NCBI GenBank assembly: GCA_035263405.1
Contig: DATFRI010000074.1
Coordinates: 9,824-73,823 of the forward strand
Length of the DNA: 64,000 nt
Direction of reading: 5' to 3'
Source of the DNA: Actinomycetes bacterium
GTDB lineage: Bacteria > Actinomycetota > CALGFH01
The position numbers and the translations under genes are program-made. Positions 44,629 to 53,100 of this stretch are shown here, piece after piece; positions within the stretch are counted from its first letter, which is position 1; each line of letters starts with the position of its first letter. Below the pieces are notes generated by a model that was given only the letters and a program-made list of their open reading frames with translations, searched no databases and was not told where the DNA came from.

Positions 44629-45609
44629 TCAGTCGTCCACGTGCACGCGGCCGAGGCTCGACTCGGCCGGCGGGAACTGCGGCTGCATGGCCTCCAGGGC
44701 GCCGGCGATGGCCCGCGCCACCACCAGGTTGCGGTAGCGGCGGCTGTTGCTCGGCACCACGTACCAGGGCGCGTGCGGGGTGGAGCAGCGCATGATCGCG
44801 TCCTGGTAGGCGACCTGGTAGTCGTCCCAGCGCTTGCGCTCGGCGAGGTCGGCCCTGCTGAACTTCCAGTTCTTGTCGGGGTTGTCCAGGCGCCGCTCGA
44901 GCCGGCGCTTCTGCTCGTCCTTGGAGATGTGCAGGAAGAACTTGAGCACGGTCACGCCGGCCTGGGTGAGCGCCAGCTCGAACTGGTTGATGGCGTCGTA
45001 GCGGGCGGCCCAGACCTCCTCGGGCACCAGCTGCCGCACCCGGACGACGAGCACGTCCTCGTAGTGGGAGCGGTTGAAGATGGTGATCATGCCCTTGGTC
45101 GGCACCTTGGCGTGGTAGCGCCACAGGAAGTCGTGCGCCAGCTCCTCCACGCTCGGCTGCTTGAAGGACCACACCTGGCAGCCCTGCGGGTTGACCCCCT
45201 GGAAGACGTGCTTGATGGTGCCGTCCTTGCCGCCGGTGTCCATCGCCTGGAGCACGATGAGCAGGCTGCGGCGCTGCTCGGCGTACAGCCGTGCCTGGAG
45301 GGCCGCGATCCGTCCGCGGTGGCGGGCCAGCTCCTCGGCGATCGCCTTCTTCTTGAGCCCGTCGGGCCTGCCGGGTTCGATGTCGACGAGCCGGAACGGC
45401 TCGTCGGGCGCCGTATGCGCGTGCGCGGTGGGAGCCACCTTGGCCTTCGGCCGCGCCCTGGAGCGGGTGCCCCTGGTGCCGGCGGCCGCCCGTGCCGCCG
45501 GCGCGCGGCTCCTGGGGGCGGTGGTGCGCCTCGTCCGCCCGGCCGGGGCGGCGCCGCGGGCGGGGTCGCCGTCGTCGGTACCTGACCGGCCGCTGGAACC
45601 GGTGGCCAT
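44629..45609 (-). CDS. ppk2: Polyphosphate kinase 2 (PPK2) family protein
   Basis: Walker A-like LLIVLQAMDTGGKDGTI and lid/C-terminal WYVVPSNSRRYRN. SD GAGGAGGAAG before the ATG at 45609. The Arg/Ala-rich N-terminal 70 aa are low complexity. Confidence 0.9.
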   Translation of the reverse strand: MATGSSGRSGTDDGDPARGAAPAGRTRRTTAPRSRAPAARAAAGTRGTRSRARPKAKVAPTAHAHTAPDEPFRLVDIEPGRPDGLKKKAIAEELARHRGRIAALQARLYAEQRRSLLIVLQAMDTGGKDGTIKHVFQGVNPQGCQVWSFKQPSVEELAHDFLWRYHAKVPTKGMITIFNRSHYEDVLVVRVRQLVPEEVWAARYDAINQFELALTQAGVTVLKFFLHISKDEQKRRLERRLDNPDKNWKFSRADLAERKRWDDYQVAYQDAIMRCSTPHAPWYVVPSNSRRYRNLVVARAIAGALEAMQPQFPPAESSLGRVHVDD

Positions 45610-45739
45610 CGGCTTCCTCCTCGCTCGGGTGCGACCTCGCATCGTGTAGCCCTGGACCGCGAGCTGTCCAGCACCGGGAGGCCGGACGGCCGGGTGGAGC
45701 GGCGCCAGCGGGCCCCCCGCGTGGCGGCGGCCGGGCGTG

Positions 45740-46906
45740 TCAGGCGCCGAACCAGCTGCCGCCGAGGCCGCCGTCGCCCGAGATCTCGGGGGCGTCCGCG
45801 ACCTCCATCCCCTCAGCGGCCCTGGCCGGCATGAGCTGGACGTCGGCCATCTCGGTGTCGTCGACGTCTCTGCCGCCGACCTCCGTGGGCAGGGGCTCGG
45901 GCTCGAAGCCGGCGACCTCGAGAGGCGTGCCGCCACCGGTGAAGGCCAGGGCCGGCGGACCCGCGGCGGCGTCCACGCCGGCGCGGCCCTCTTGCCCGTC
46001 GGACCCGGCCACGGCCGTGGAGGCGAGCTGCTCCTCGGCTGGCTGCCGCAGCGCGTCGGGGTTCGCCCCGTCGCGCTCCCAGGGGAGCTTGGTGGGCAGG
46101 CGCGGCACCTCGAACGGAGGGACCGGCCGGTCGTCACGCAGCTCCCAGGGCTTGCTCGGCAGCTTCAGGTGGGGAACAGGCGAGGGTGCGTCCGGTGTGT
46201 CCTGCTCCTCTCCGGGCGCCGGAGGATCCTCCAGGCCCAGCCGCTTCCGCTCCTCCTCCACCAGCCGGCTCAGCTCGGAGAACTCCCGGCTCAGCTTCTC
46301 CAGCTTCTCCAGCTGCTCCCCCAACAGCATGTCCTTGTCGTTGAAGACCCTGTAGAACTCCTGGTCGTTCTCGACCATCTGGTTCCACAGCTCTATGCCG
46401 CGGTCGCTCTTGGGGATCCTCGCCGGTGGCTCGCCGGGCTGCAGCGGGGGCGGCAGGAAGAGCGGGGGGTCGGCTTCGCCGGGGCTGGCGGACCGCGGCC
46501 CGTCCTTCGGCCGGACCCGCTGCTCGCCAGGGAGCGCCTGCGCGAGCCTCGGGGCGGTGGCGCCGGTCCCGGTCCCGGCCGGGAGCGGGCCGCCGGGGCC
46601 GGGCGTGCGCGGTGCCTGCGCGGCGGTCACCGCCCGCTCCCACCGCCCGGCGCCGTCGGGGTCGCCGGTCCGCAGCTGGGCCATCCGCACCGCGGCTTCG
46701 AGCGCCCAGGGCGGGTCGCCCGGGCGGGCCAGGTCGTAGGCGAGGGCGGGCTCGCCCGCGCCGGCGCCCGACTGGCCCACGAGGGCGACCACGAGGACGA
46801 GGGTGGCGAGGAGGACCGCGGCCGTCAGGGCGTACAGGACGGTCGTGAGCGCCGGGCGCGCGGGGGGCGGGGCCGCGGACGGGACCGCGCGGGGCTCCGG
46901 CGGCAT
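45740..46906 (-). CDS. Family member 4. Signal-anchor membrane protein with a Pro-rich linker and a Lys/Glu-rich coiled-coil ectodomain.
   Basis: SD GAAGGAG before the ATG at 46906. N-module ALTTVLYALTAAVLLATLVLVVALVGQSGAGAGEP. The lower-GC 3' half encodes ...IELWNQMVENDQEFYRVFNDKDMLLGEQLEKLEKLSREFSELSRLVEEERKRL. Confidence 0.6.
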   Translation of the reverse strand: MPPEPRAVPSAAPPPARPALTTVLYALTAAVLLATLVLVVALVGQSGAGAGEPALAYDLARPGDPPWALEAAVRMAQLRTGDPDGAGRWERAVTAAQAPRTPGPGGPLPAGTGTGATAPRLAQALPGEQRVRPKDGPRSASPGEADPPLFLPPPLQPGEPPARIPKSDRGIELWNQMVENDQEFYRVFNDKDMLLGEQLEKLEKLSREFSELSRLVEEERKRLGLEDPPAPGEEQDTPDAPSPVPHLKLPSKPWELRDDRPVPPFEVPRLPTKLPWERDGANPDALRQPAEEQLASTAVAGSDGQEGRAGVDAAAGPPALAFTGGGTPLEVAGFEPEPLPTEVGGRDVDDTEMADVQLMPARAAEGMEVADAPEISGDGGLGGSWFGA

Positions 46907-47116
46907 GGGGTCGCTCCTTCGCGCTGCCAGGGACGGGTCGCCGCCGGCCGCGGGGCACCCGCCGCAGCAGGCAGGGTGGACCCACCGTGGCCGGGGCGTC
47001 CACGGCCGCACCCTAGCGCGCGCAGGGAACGCGCCCGTCACGCGCCCGTCACGCGGCGGTAACGCCGGTCACGAGTCGGCAACGACCTGGGCACATCCGC
47101 GGCCCCGGCCGGCCGG

Positions 47117-48442
47117 TCAGCCGCGGCGCGGCGGGCCGGCCGGCGCGCGGCCGCCGGCCGGCCGGGCGGTGCGCAGGACCAGCAGCCCGCCGAGCCCGGC
47201 CAGCAGCGACGCGGCCAGCAGGCCGAGCTTGACCGCGGCGGCGAACTCGCCGGCGGGGAAGGCCAGGTCGGCGACGAACAGCGGCACGGTGAAGCCGATC
47301 CCCGCGACCGTGGCCATCCCGGCCAGGTGCCGCCAGGCGACCCCGGCCGGCAGCCGGCCGAGCCCGCAGCGCACCGCGAGCCAGGCGGCGAGCAGGATGC
47401 CGGCCGGCTTGCCGAGCACGCGGCCGGCGAGGATCCCGGCCAGCACGCCGGTGCTGCCGGGCCGGCCGAGCGCGCCCGCCTCCACGCCGACGCCCGCGTT
47501 GGCCAGGGCGAACAAGGGCACGACCAGGAACGCCGACAGCGGGTGCAGCGCGTGCGCCAGCCGCTCGGCGACCGACACCGTGCCGCGCGCCTCGCGGACG
47601 ACGTCCCGGACGGGCCCCGGGCCGGGGGTCCCGGCGAGCGCGTCGCTGCGCTCGCGCACCCGGCCGGGGCGGCTGACCGGGCGGGCGGGGGCGAGCAGGC
47701 CCACGGCCGCCCCGGCGAGCGCGGGGCTCACGCCCCCCTGGCGCAGGGCCAGCCACAGGCCGAGCGCGACGGCGGCGACCGCCGGCGCCCAGGCGATGCG
47801 GGCGCGGCGCAGCCCGGCCGCGGCCAGCAGGAGGCCGGCGGCGGCGGCGAGCGCCGGCAGCCGCACGTCCTGGCGGTAGAAGACCGCGACGACGACGATC
47901 GAGCCGAGGTCGTCCACGACCGCCAGCGCCAGGAGGAGCACCTTGAGCGCGGCCGGCACCCGCGTGCCGAGCAGGGCGAGCGCGCCGAGGGCGAAGGCGA
48001 CGTCGGTGGCCATCGGGACGCCCCAGCCGCGGGCGCCCGGACCGCCGGCGTTGAGGAGCGCGTAGACGGCGGCGGGGACGGCCATCCCGCCGGCGGCGGC
48101 GACCACCGGCAGGGCCGCCTGCCGCCAGCCGCCCAGCTCCCCCGCGACCAGCTCGCGCTTCAGCTCCAGGCCGACGACCAGGAAGAACACGGCCATGAGG
48201 CCCTCGTTCACCCAGCCGCGCAGGTCGTCGTCGAGGGTGGCGTCGCCCAGCCGCACGGCGAGCCGGGTGTGCCACAGCGCCTCGGCGGCCGCCCGCCACG
48301 GCGAGTTCGCCCAGGCGAGCGCCACGGTGACCGCCACGACCAGGACGGCGCCGCCGGCGGTCTCCTCGCGCAGGAACTCGCGCAGCGGGCGCGGGACGCG
48401 CAGCGGCGCGCGCCCGAGGGGCTGGTCCTCACCCGGCGGCAT
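47117..48442 (-). CDS. nhaA: Na+/H+ antiporter NhaA
   Basis: 441 aa with 11-12 TM segments and NhaA-type motifs (GGMAVPAAVY, VDDLGSIVVVAVFY). Confidence 0.9.
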   Translation of the reverse strand: MPPGEDQPLGRAPLRVPRPLREFLREETAGGAVLVVAVTVALAWANSPWRAAAEALWHTRLAVRLGDATLDDDLRGWVNEGLMAVFFLVVGLELKRELVAGELGGWRQAALPVVAAAGGMAVPAAVYALLNAGGPGARGWGVPMATDVAFALGALALLGTRVPAALKVLLLALAVVDDLGSIVVVAVFYRQDVRLPALAAAAGLLLAAAGLRRARIAWAPAVAAVALGLWLALRQGGVSPALAGAAVGLLAPARPVSRPGRVRERSDALAGTPGPGPVRDVVREARGTVSVAERLAHALHPLSAFLVVPLFALANAGVGVEAGALGRPGSTGVLAGILAGRVLGKPAGILLAAWLAVRCGLGRLPAGVAWRHLAGMATVAGIGFTVPLFVADLAFPAGEFAAAVKLGLLAASLLAGLGGLLVLRTARPAGGRAPAGPPRRG

Positions 48443-48550
48443 CGCGGTCTCCGGTCGGCAGGGGCTACGGTTGCCGACCAGGCTTCCCGGCGCGCCGCCG
48501 GCCAGGATAGCCGAAGGTGCCGTCGGCCGTGGCCGGGAGTGGGTGGCCGG

Positions 48551-49447
48551 TCAGGCCGGGGCGCGCCGCAGCGAGCCGGTGAGCCGCTCCCCCGTGGTCC
48601 TCTCCAGCGTGCAGGTCACCTCGTGGTCCCCGGCCAGCCAGCCGGCCCGGTCGGGCGTGAGGTGGCCGAAGTCGACGTCGTCGCTCAGCTCGTCCAGGGT
48701 CCTGCCGGTGTAGGCCTGCAGGCGGTGCGCGCACGCGGCGTCGCCGAGGCGCTGCAGGCGGGCGTCGCCGGGGAACGCGGTCCCGGGCAGCTCGACCAGC
48801 GCGAACACCTCGAAGTCGTGCGGTTGCCGGCAGGGCACGATGCGCACGTTGGCGACCTCGTCGGCCTGGCGGTCGGGGAGGTTGACGCAGTCGCCCACGC
48901 GGGCGTCGGTGATGTGGACGCGGTGGCCGCGGACCGTGGGCTCGGTCGGCGGCGCGGTCGTCGGTGGCGCGCTCGTCGGCGGGCTGACCAGGGTGGTCGC
49001 CGGGACCTGGCCGCCGGCCACGGCGGGCCGGGCCGTGCGCTCGTCCCGCTGCGCGATCAGCAGCCCGGCCGCGACGAGCAGACCGGGGACCAGGATCAGC
49101 CCGGCCACCGCGACCACCCGGGCGGCGGTGACCAGCCCCGCGCCGCTGAGCGCCCCGCGGGAGGCGCGGATGCGGCCGGCGGCCTGCGCGGCCAGCACGA
49201 GGGCGATGACCGCGGGCACCACCGGGACGACGAACGAGACCAGCGCCAGCGCCAGCGCGGCGCCGGCCAGGCCCTCCGGCTGGGGAGCCGGCCACAGCGG
49301 CGGGCCCGGCGCCCAGGTGCCGGCCGGCGGCCCGGGAGGTGCGGTGGCGGGATCCGGCCCTTCCGGCCCCTGGGCCGGGCCGGCCGGGGGCTGCTCGGCG
49401 CCGGGAGGCGGCCACCATCCGGCCGGCCCGGTGTCGTCTTCGGCCAT
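48551..49447 (-). CDS. DUF4190 membrane protein fused to a septum-formation-family (Septum_form-like) domain
   Basis: Pro-rich N-terminus, DUF4190-type TM pair (SFVVPVVPAVIALVLAAQAAGRIRASRG), then GDCVNLP...VPCRQPHDFEVF...ACAHR with conserved Cys residues. SD GGAGG before the ATG at 49447. Confidence 0.75.
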   Translation of the reverse strand: MAEDDTGPAGWWPPPGAEQPPAGPAQGPEGPDPATAPPGPPAGTWAPGPPLWPAPQPEGLAGAALALALVSFVVPVVPAVIALVLAAQAAGRIRASRGALSGAGLVTAARVVAVAGLILVPGLLVAAGLLIAQRDERTARPAVAGGQVPATTLVSPPTSAPPTTAPPTEPTVRGHRVHITDARVGDCVNLPDRQADEVANVRIVPCRQPHDFEVFALVELPGTAFPGDARLQRLGDAACAHRLQAYTGRTLDELSDDVDFGHLTPDRAGWLAGDHEVTCTLERTTGERLTGSLRRAPA

Positions 49448-49597
49448 CGTCGGCCTCCTGAAGGGCTGCGCCGGCGCGTGAAGCGGGCAGTTCACGTCAA
49501 GGGGCACCTTCTTGCCGGCCCATCGGCTTGTCAAGGGCCGGGCAGCCGGCAGCCGGCCGGGTTTCGCGCCGGGCTCCGGGTGCACTACGGTGACGCC

Positions 49598-50137
49598 ATG
49601 CCGCGCTGGATGGTGGTCCTGGCCGCCGTGGTCAGCCTGGCCGCCGCCTGCTCGGGCGGCGGCGGGAGGGAGGTGCAGGCAACGGTGCCCGAGTCGATCA
49701 AGGTGAGCAGCCCGGCCTTTGCCGAGGGCGCCCCGATCCCGCCGAGGTACGCCTGCACCGGCGCGGAGGTCTCGCCACCGTTGACCTGGTCGGGCACGCC
49801 GGACGACGCCGCCGAGCTGGCCCTGGTGGTGGACGACCCGGACGCGCCGCGGGGGACGTTCGTCCACTGGGTCCTGTTCCACCTGGACCCGAAGCTGACG
49901 CGGCTGGACGAAGGCCAGGTGCCCGTCGGGGCCGCCCAGGCCCGCAACAGCGCCGGCAGGACCGCGTACCGCGGGCCGTGCCCGCCGGCCGGCCCGGCCC
50001 ACCACTACCGGTTCACCGTGTACGCGCTCGGGTCGCGGCCGGACCTGCCCGACGGCGCCGGCCTGGAGCGGGCCCTGGACGCGATCGAGCGGGCCGCCAC
50101 CGCGCGCGGCCGCCTGACCGGCACGTTCGCGCGCTGA
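49598..50137 (+). CDS. YbhB/YbcL (PEBP / Raf-kinase-inhibitor-like) family lipoprotein
   Basis: Lipobox LAAACSGG. PEBP motifs DPDAPRGTFVHW and HHYRFTVYAL. Confidence 0.85.
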   Translation: MPRWMVVLAAVVSLAAACSGGGGREVQATVPESIKVSSPAFAEGAPIPPRYACTGAEVSPPLTWSGTPDDAAELALVVDDPDAPRGTFVHWVLFHLDPKLTRLDEGQVPVGAAQARNSAGRTAYRGPCPPAGPAHHYRFTVYALGSRPDLPDGAGLERALDAIERAATARGRLTGTFAR

Positions 50138-50140
50138 GGG

Positions 50141-53100
50141 TCAGCCGGAGCGGACGGCCGTGCCGGTCTGGACGAGGTTGCGCAGCTCCCGAAGGCCGAC
50201 CGAGAGCATCGCGAGGTCGACGGTGTCGCTGGCCTTGAGGTCCTCGAAGGTGGCCAGGCAGCGGCGGACCGGGATCTGGTTGGCGTCCAGCCAGGCGTCG
50301 ACCAGGGCCTCGGGGCTGTCGCGGTCGGCGTCCTGGCGGACCACCGCCGCGGCCAGCCCGCGGTGCTGGACGTACAGGTCCTCGCGCAGCGCGGCGCGGG
50401 CCAGCTCGTCCCAGTGGCCGCCGCCGGCCAGGTTGGTGATCTGGCGGCGCAGCCAGTCGATGTCCAGGCGCGCGGCGAGCTGGAAGTAGACCGCGGCCAC
50501 CTCCTCGACGAGCCTGCCCGCGCGGGTGGCGACCTCGACGATGTCCAGCGCCGACAGCATCGGCCCGAGCGCGGCCACGCGGATGGCCAGCTCCTCGGGG
50601 ACGTCCTGGGCCGCCAGGCGGCCGATGCGCCGGTCGAGCAGCTCGCGGTCGTTGCCGACCAGGAGCTTGGGGAGGTTCTGGGCGACCGCTGACACGCCGG
50701 GCGCGAACGCGCTCACCTCGGCGGCCACGTCCAGCGGCTGGCGGCGGTTGCGCAGCAGCCAGTTGGTGGCGCGCTCGGCGAGGCGGCGGCCGTCCAGCAG
50801 CATCGCGAGCTGGACGTGCGCCTGCACCTGGTCGTCGAGCGCCTCGACGTCGGTCCACAGCTCGCGCAGGTCGTACACCTCGCGGGCGACGGTGTAGGCG
50901 CGGGCCACGTCGGGCGCCTCGGCGCCGGTCTCCTCCCGCAGCCGGGTGACGAAGGTCGGGCCGACCCGGTTGATCATGCTGTTGGTGATGTTGTTCGCGA
51001 TGATCTCGCGGCGCAGCCGGTGCTGGTGCATGCGCTCGGCGAAGCGCTCCTGCAGGGGTGCGGGCAGGTAGCGCTCGACCTCGACCGACAGGTACGGGTC
51101 CTCGGGGACGTCGGAGTCGAGCAGCCGCGCCTGCAGGTCGTTCTTGGCATGGGCGAGCAGGACCGCCAGCTCGGGCCGGGTGAGGCCGCGGCGGCCGGCG
51201 CGCCGCTCGGCGAGCGCCTTGGCGTCGGGCAGCGCCTCCAGGCGCCGGTCGAGCCTGCCGTGGCGCTCCAGCCAGCGGATGAGGCGCTCGTGCCGGTCCA
51301 GCGTCTGCGTCGCGATCGACTCCGACACGCTCAGCGACTGCGCCTGCCGGTGGTTGTCGTGCAGGACGAGCCGGGCGATCTGGTCGGTCATCTCCGCCAG
51401 CAGCTCGTTGCGCTGCTTGACCGTGAGGTCGCCGGCGGCCACCACCCCGTCCAGCAGGATCTTCAGGTTGACCTCGTGGTCGGAGCAGTCCACGCCCCCG
51501 GAGTTGTCGATGAAGTCGGTGTTGATGCGCCCGCCGGCGAGCGCGTACTCGATCCGGCCGCGTTGGGTGAGGCCGAGGTTGCCGCCCTCGGCGACCACCC
51601 GGCAGCGGAGCTGGCTGCCGTCGACGCGCACCGCGTCGTTGGCGCGGTCGCCGACGTCGGCGTTGGCCTCCGAAGCGGCCTTCACGTAGGTCCCGATGCC
51701 GCCGTTGAACAGCAGGTCCACCGGGGCCAGCAGGATCCTGCGGATCAGCTCCGCCGGCGTGAGCGCCCCGGCGGGGCCGTCGATCGCCAGCGCCCGCCTG
51801 ACCTGCGGGCTGATCGGGATGGACTTCGCGGCGCGGTCGTACACCCCCCCGCCCTCGCTGATCAGCTCGCGGTCGTAGTCCGACCAGCTCGAGCGGGGCA
51901 GCTCGAACAGCCGCCTGCGCTCGGCCCAGCCGGCCTCGGCGTCGGGGTTCGGGTCGAGGAAGACGTGCTGGTGGTTGAAGGCGGCGACGAGGTGGATGTG
52001 GTGGCTCAGCAGCATCCCGTTGCCGAACACGTCGCCGGACATGTCGCCGATGCCGGCGACGGTGAACGCCTGCGTCTGGGGGTCCACGCCCATCTCGCGG
52101 AAGTGGCGGCGCACCGACTCCCACGCCCCCCGGGCGGTGATCCCCATCTGCTTGTGGTCGTAGCCGGTCGAGCCGCCGGAGGCGAACGCGTCGCCGAGCC
52201 AGTACCCGTACTCGTGGGCGATCGAGTTGGCCAGGTCGGAGAAGGTGGCCGTGCCCTTGTCGGCGGCGACGACCAGGTACGGGTCGTCGCCGTCGTGGCG
52301 CACCAGGTCCGGCGGGGGCACGACCTGGGCGGCGCGCCCGTCCGGTCGGTCCGGGCCGGGGCTGGCCACGAAGCTGTCGGTGAGGTCCAGCATCGCCCGC
52401 ATGAACGTGGCGTAGCACTCGCGGACCTCGCGCATGAGCGCGTCGCGGTCCCCGCCCTCGGGGGGATGCTTGACCACGAACCCGCCTTTGGCGCCGCCGG
52501 GGACGATCACGGCGTTCTTGACCGTCTGGGCCTTCATCAGGCCGAGCACCTCGGTGCGGAAGTCCTCCTCCCGGTCCGACCAGCGGATGCCGCCGCGGGC
52601 GACGCGCGCGGCGCGCAGGTGCACCGCCTCCACCCGCGGGGAGTACACCCAGATCTCGGCCAGGGGGCGGGGCTTGGGCAGCTGCGCGATGCCCTCCGGG
52701 TCGAGCTTGAAGCTGAGCGCCGGCTTGGGGCGGCCGGCCGCGTCCGTCCGGTACCAGTTGGTGCGCACGGTGGCGCGGATCACCGTGAGGAAGCTGCGCA
52801 GGATGCGGTCCTGGTCGAGGTTGTCCACGGCGTCCAGGGCGTCCTCGATCCCGGCGGTCAGCACCTCGGCGCGCGCGCGGTCGCCGGCCGGGTCGAAGCG
52901 GGCGGCGAACAGCTCGACCAGGAGCCTGGCGATGCGCGGGTTGCCCGCGACGGTCCGCTCCATGTAGGCGCTGCTGAAGGTGATCCCGGCCTGCCGCAGG
53001 TACTTCGCGTAGGCCCGCAGCATCGCCACCTGCCGCCACTCGAGGCCGGCGCGCAGCACCAGGCGGTTGAACCCGTCGGACTCGGCGTCGCCGTGCCACA

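Noticed and set aside
47327-50137. 936-aa plus-strand ORF
   Set aside because: Only the last 179 aa (the PEBP lipoprotein, starting at the ATG at 49598) are credible. The remainder is antisense to nhaA and the DUF4190 gene and is low complexity.
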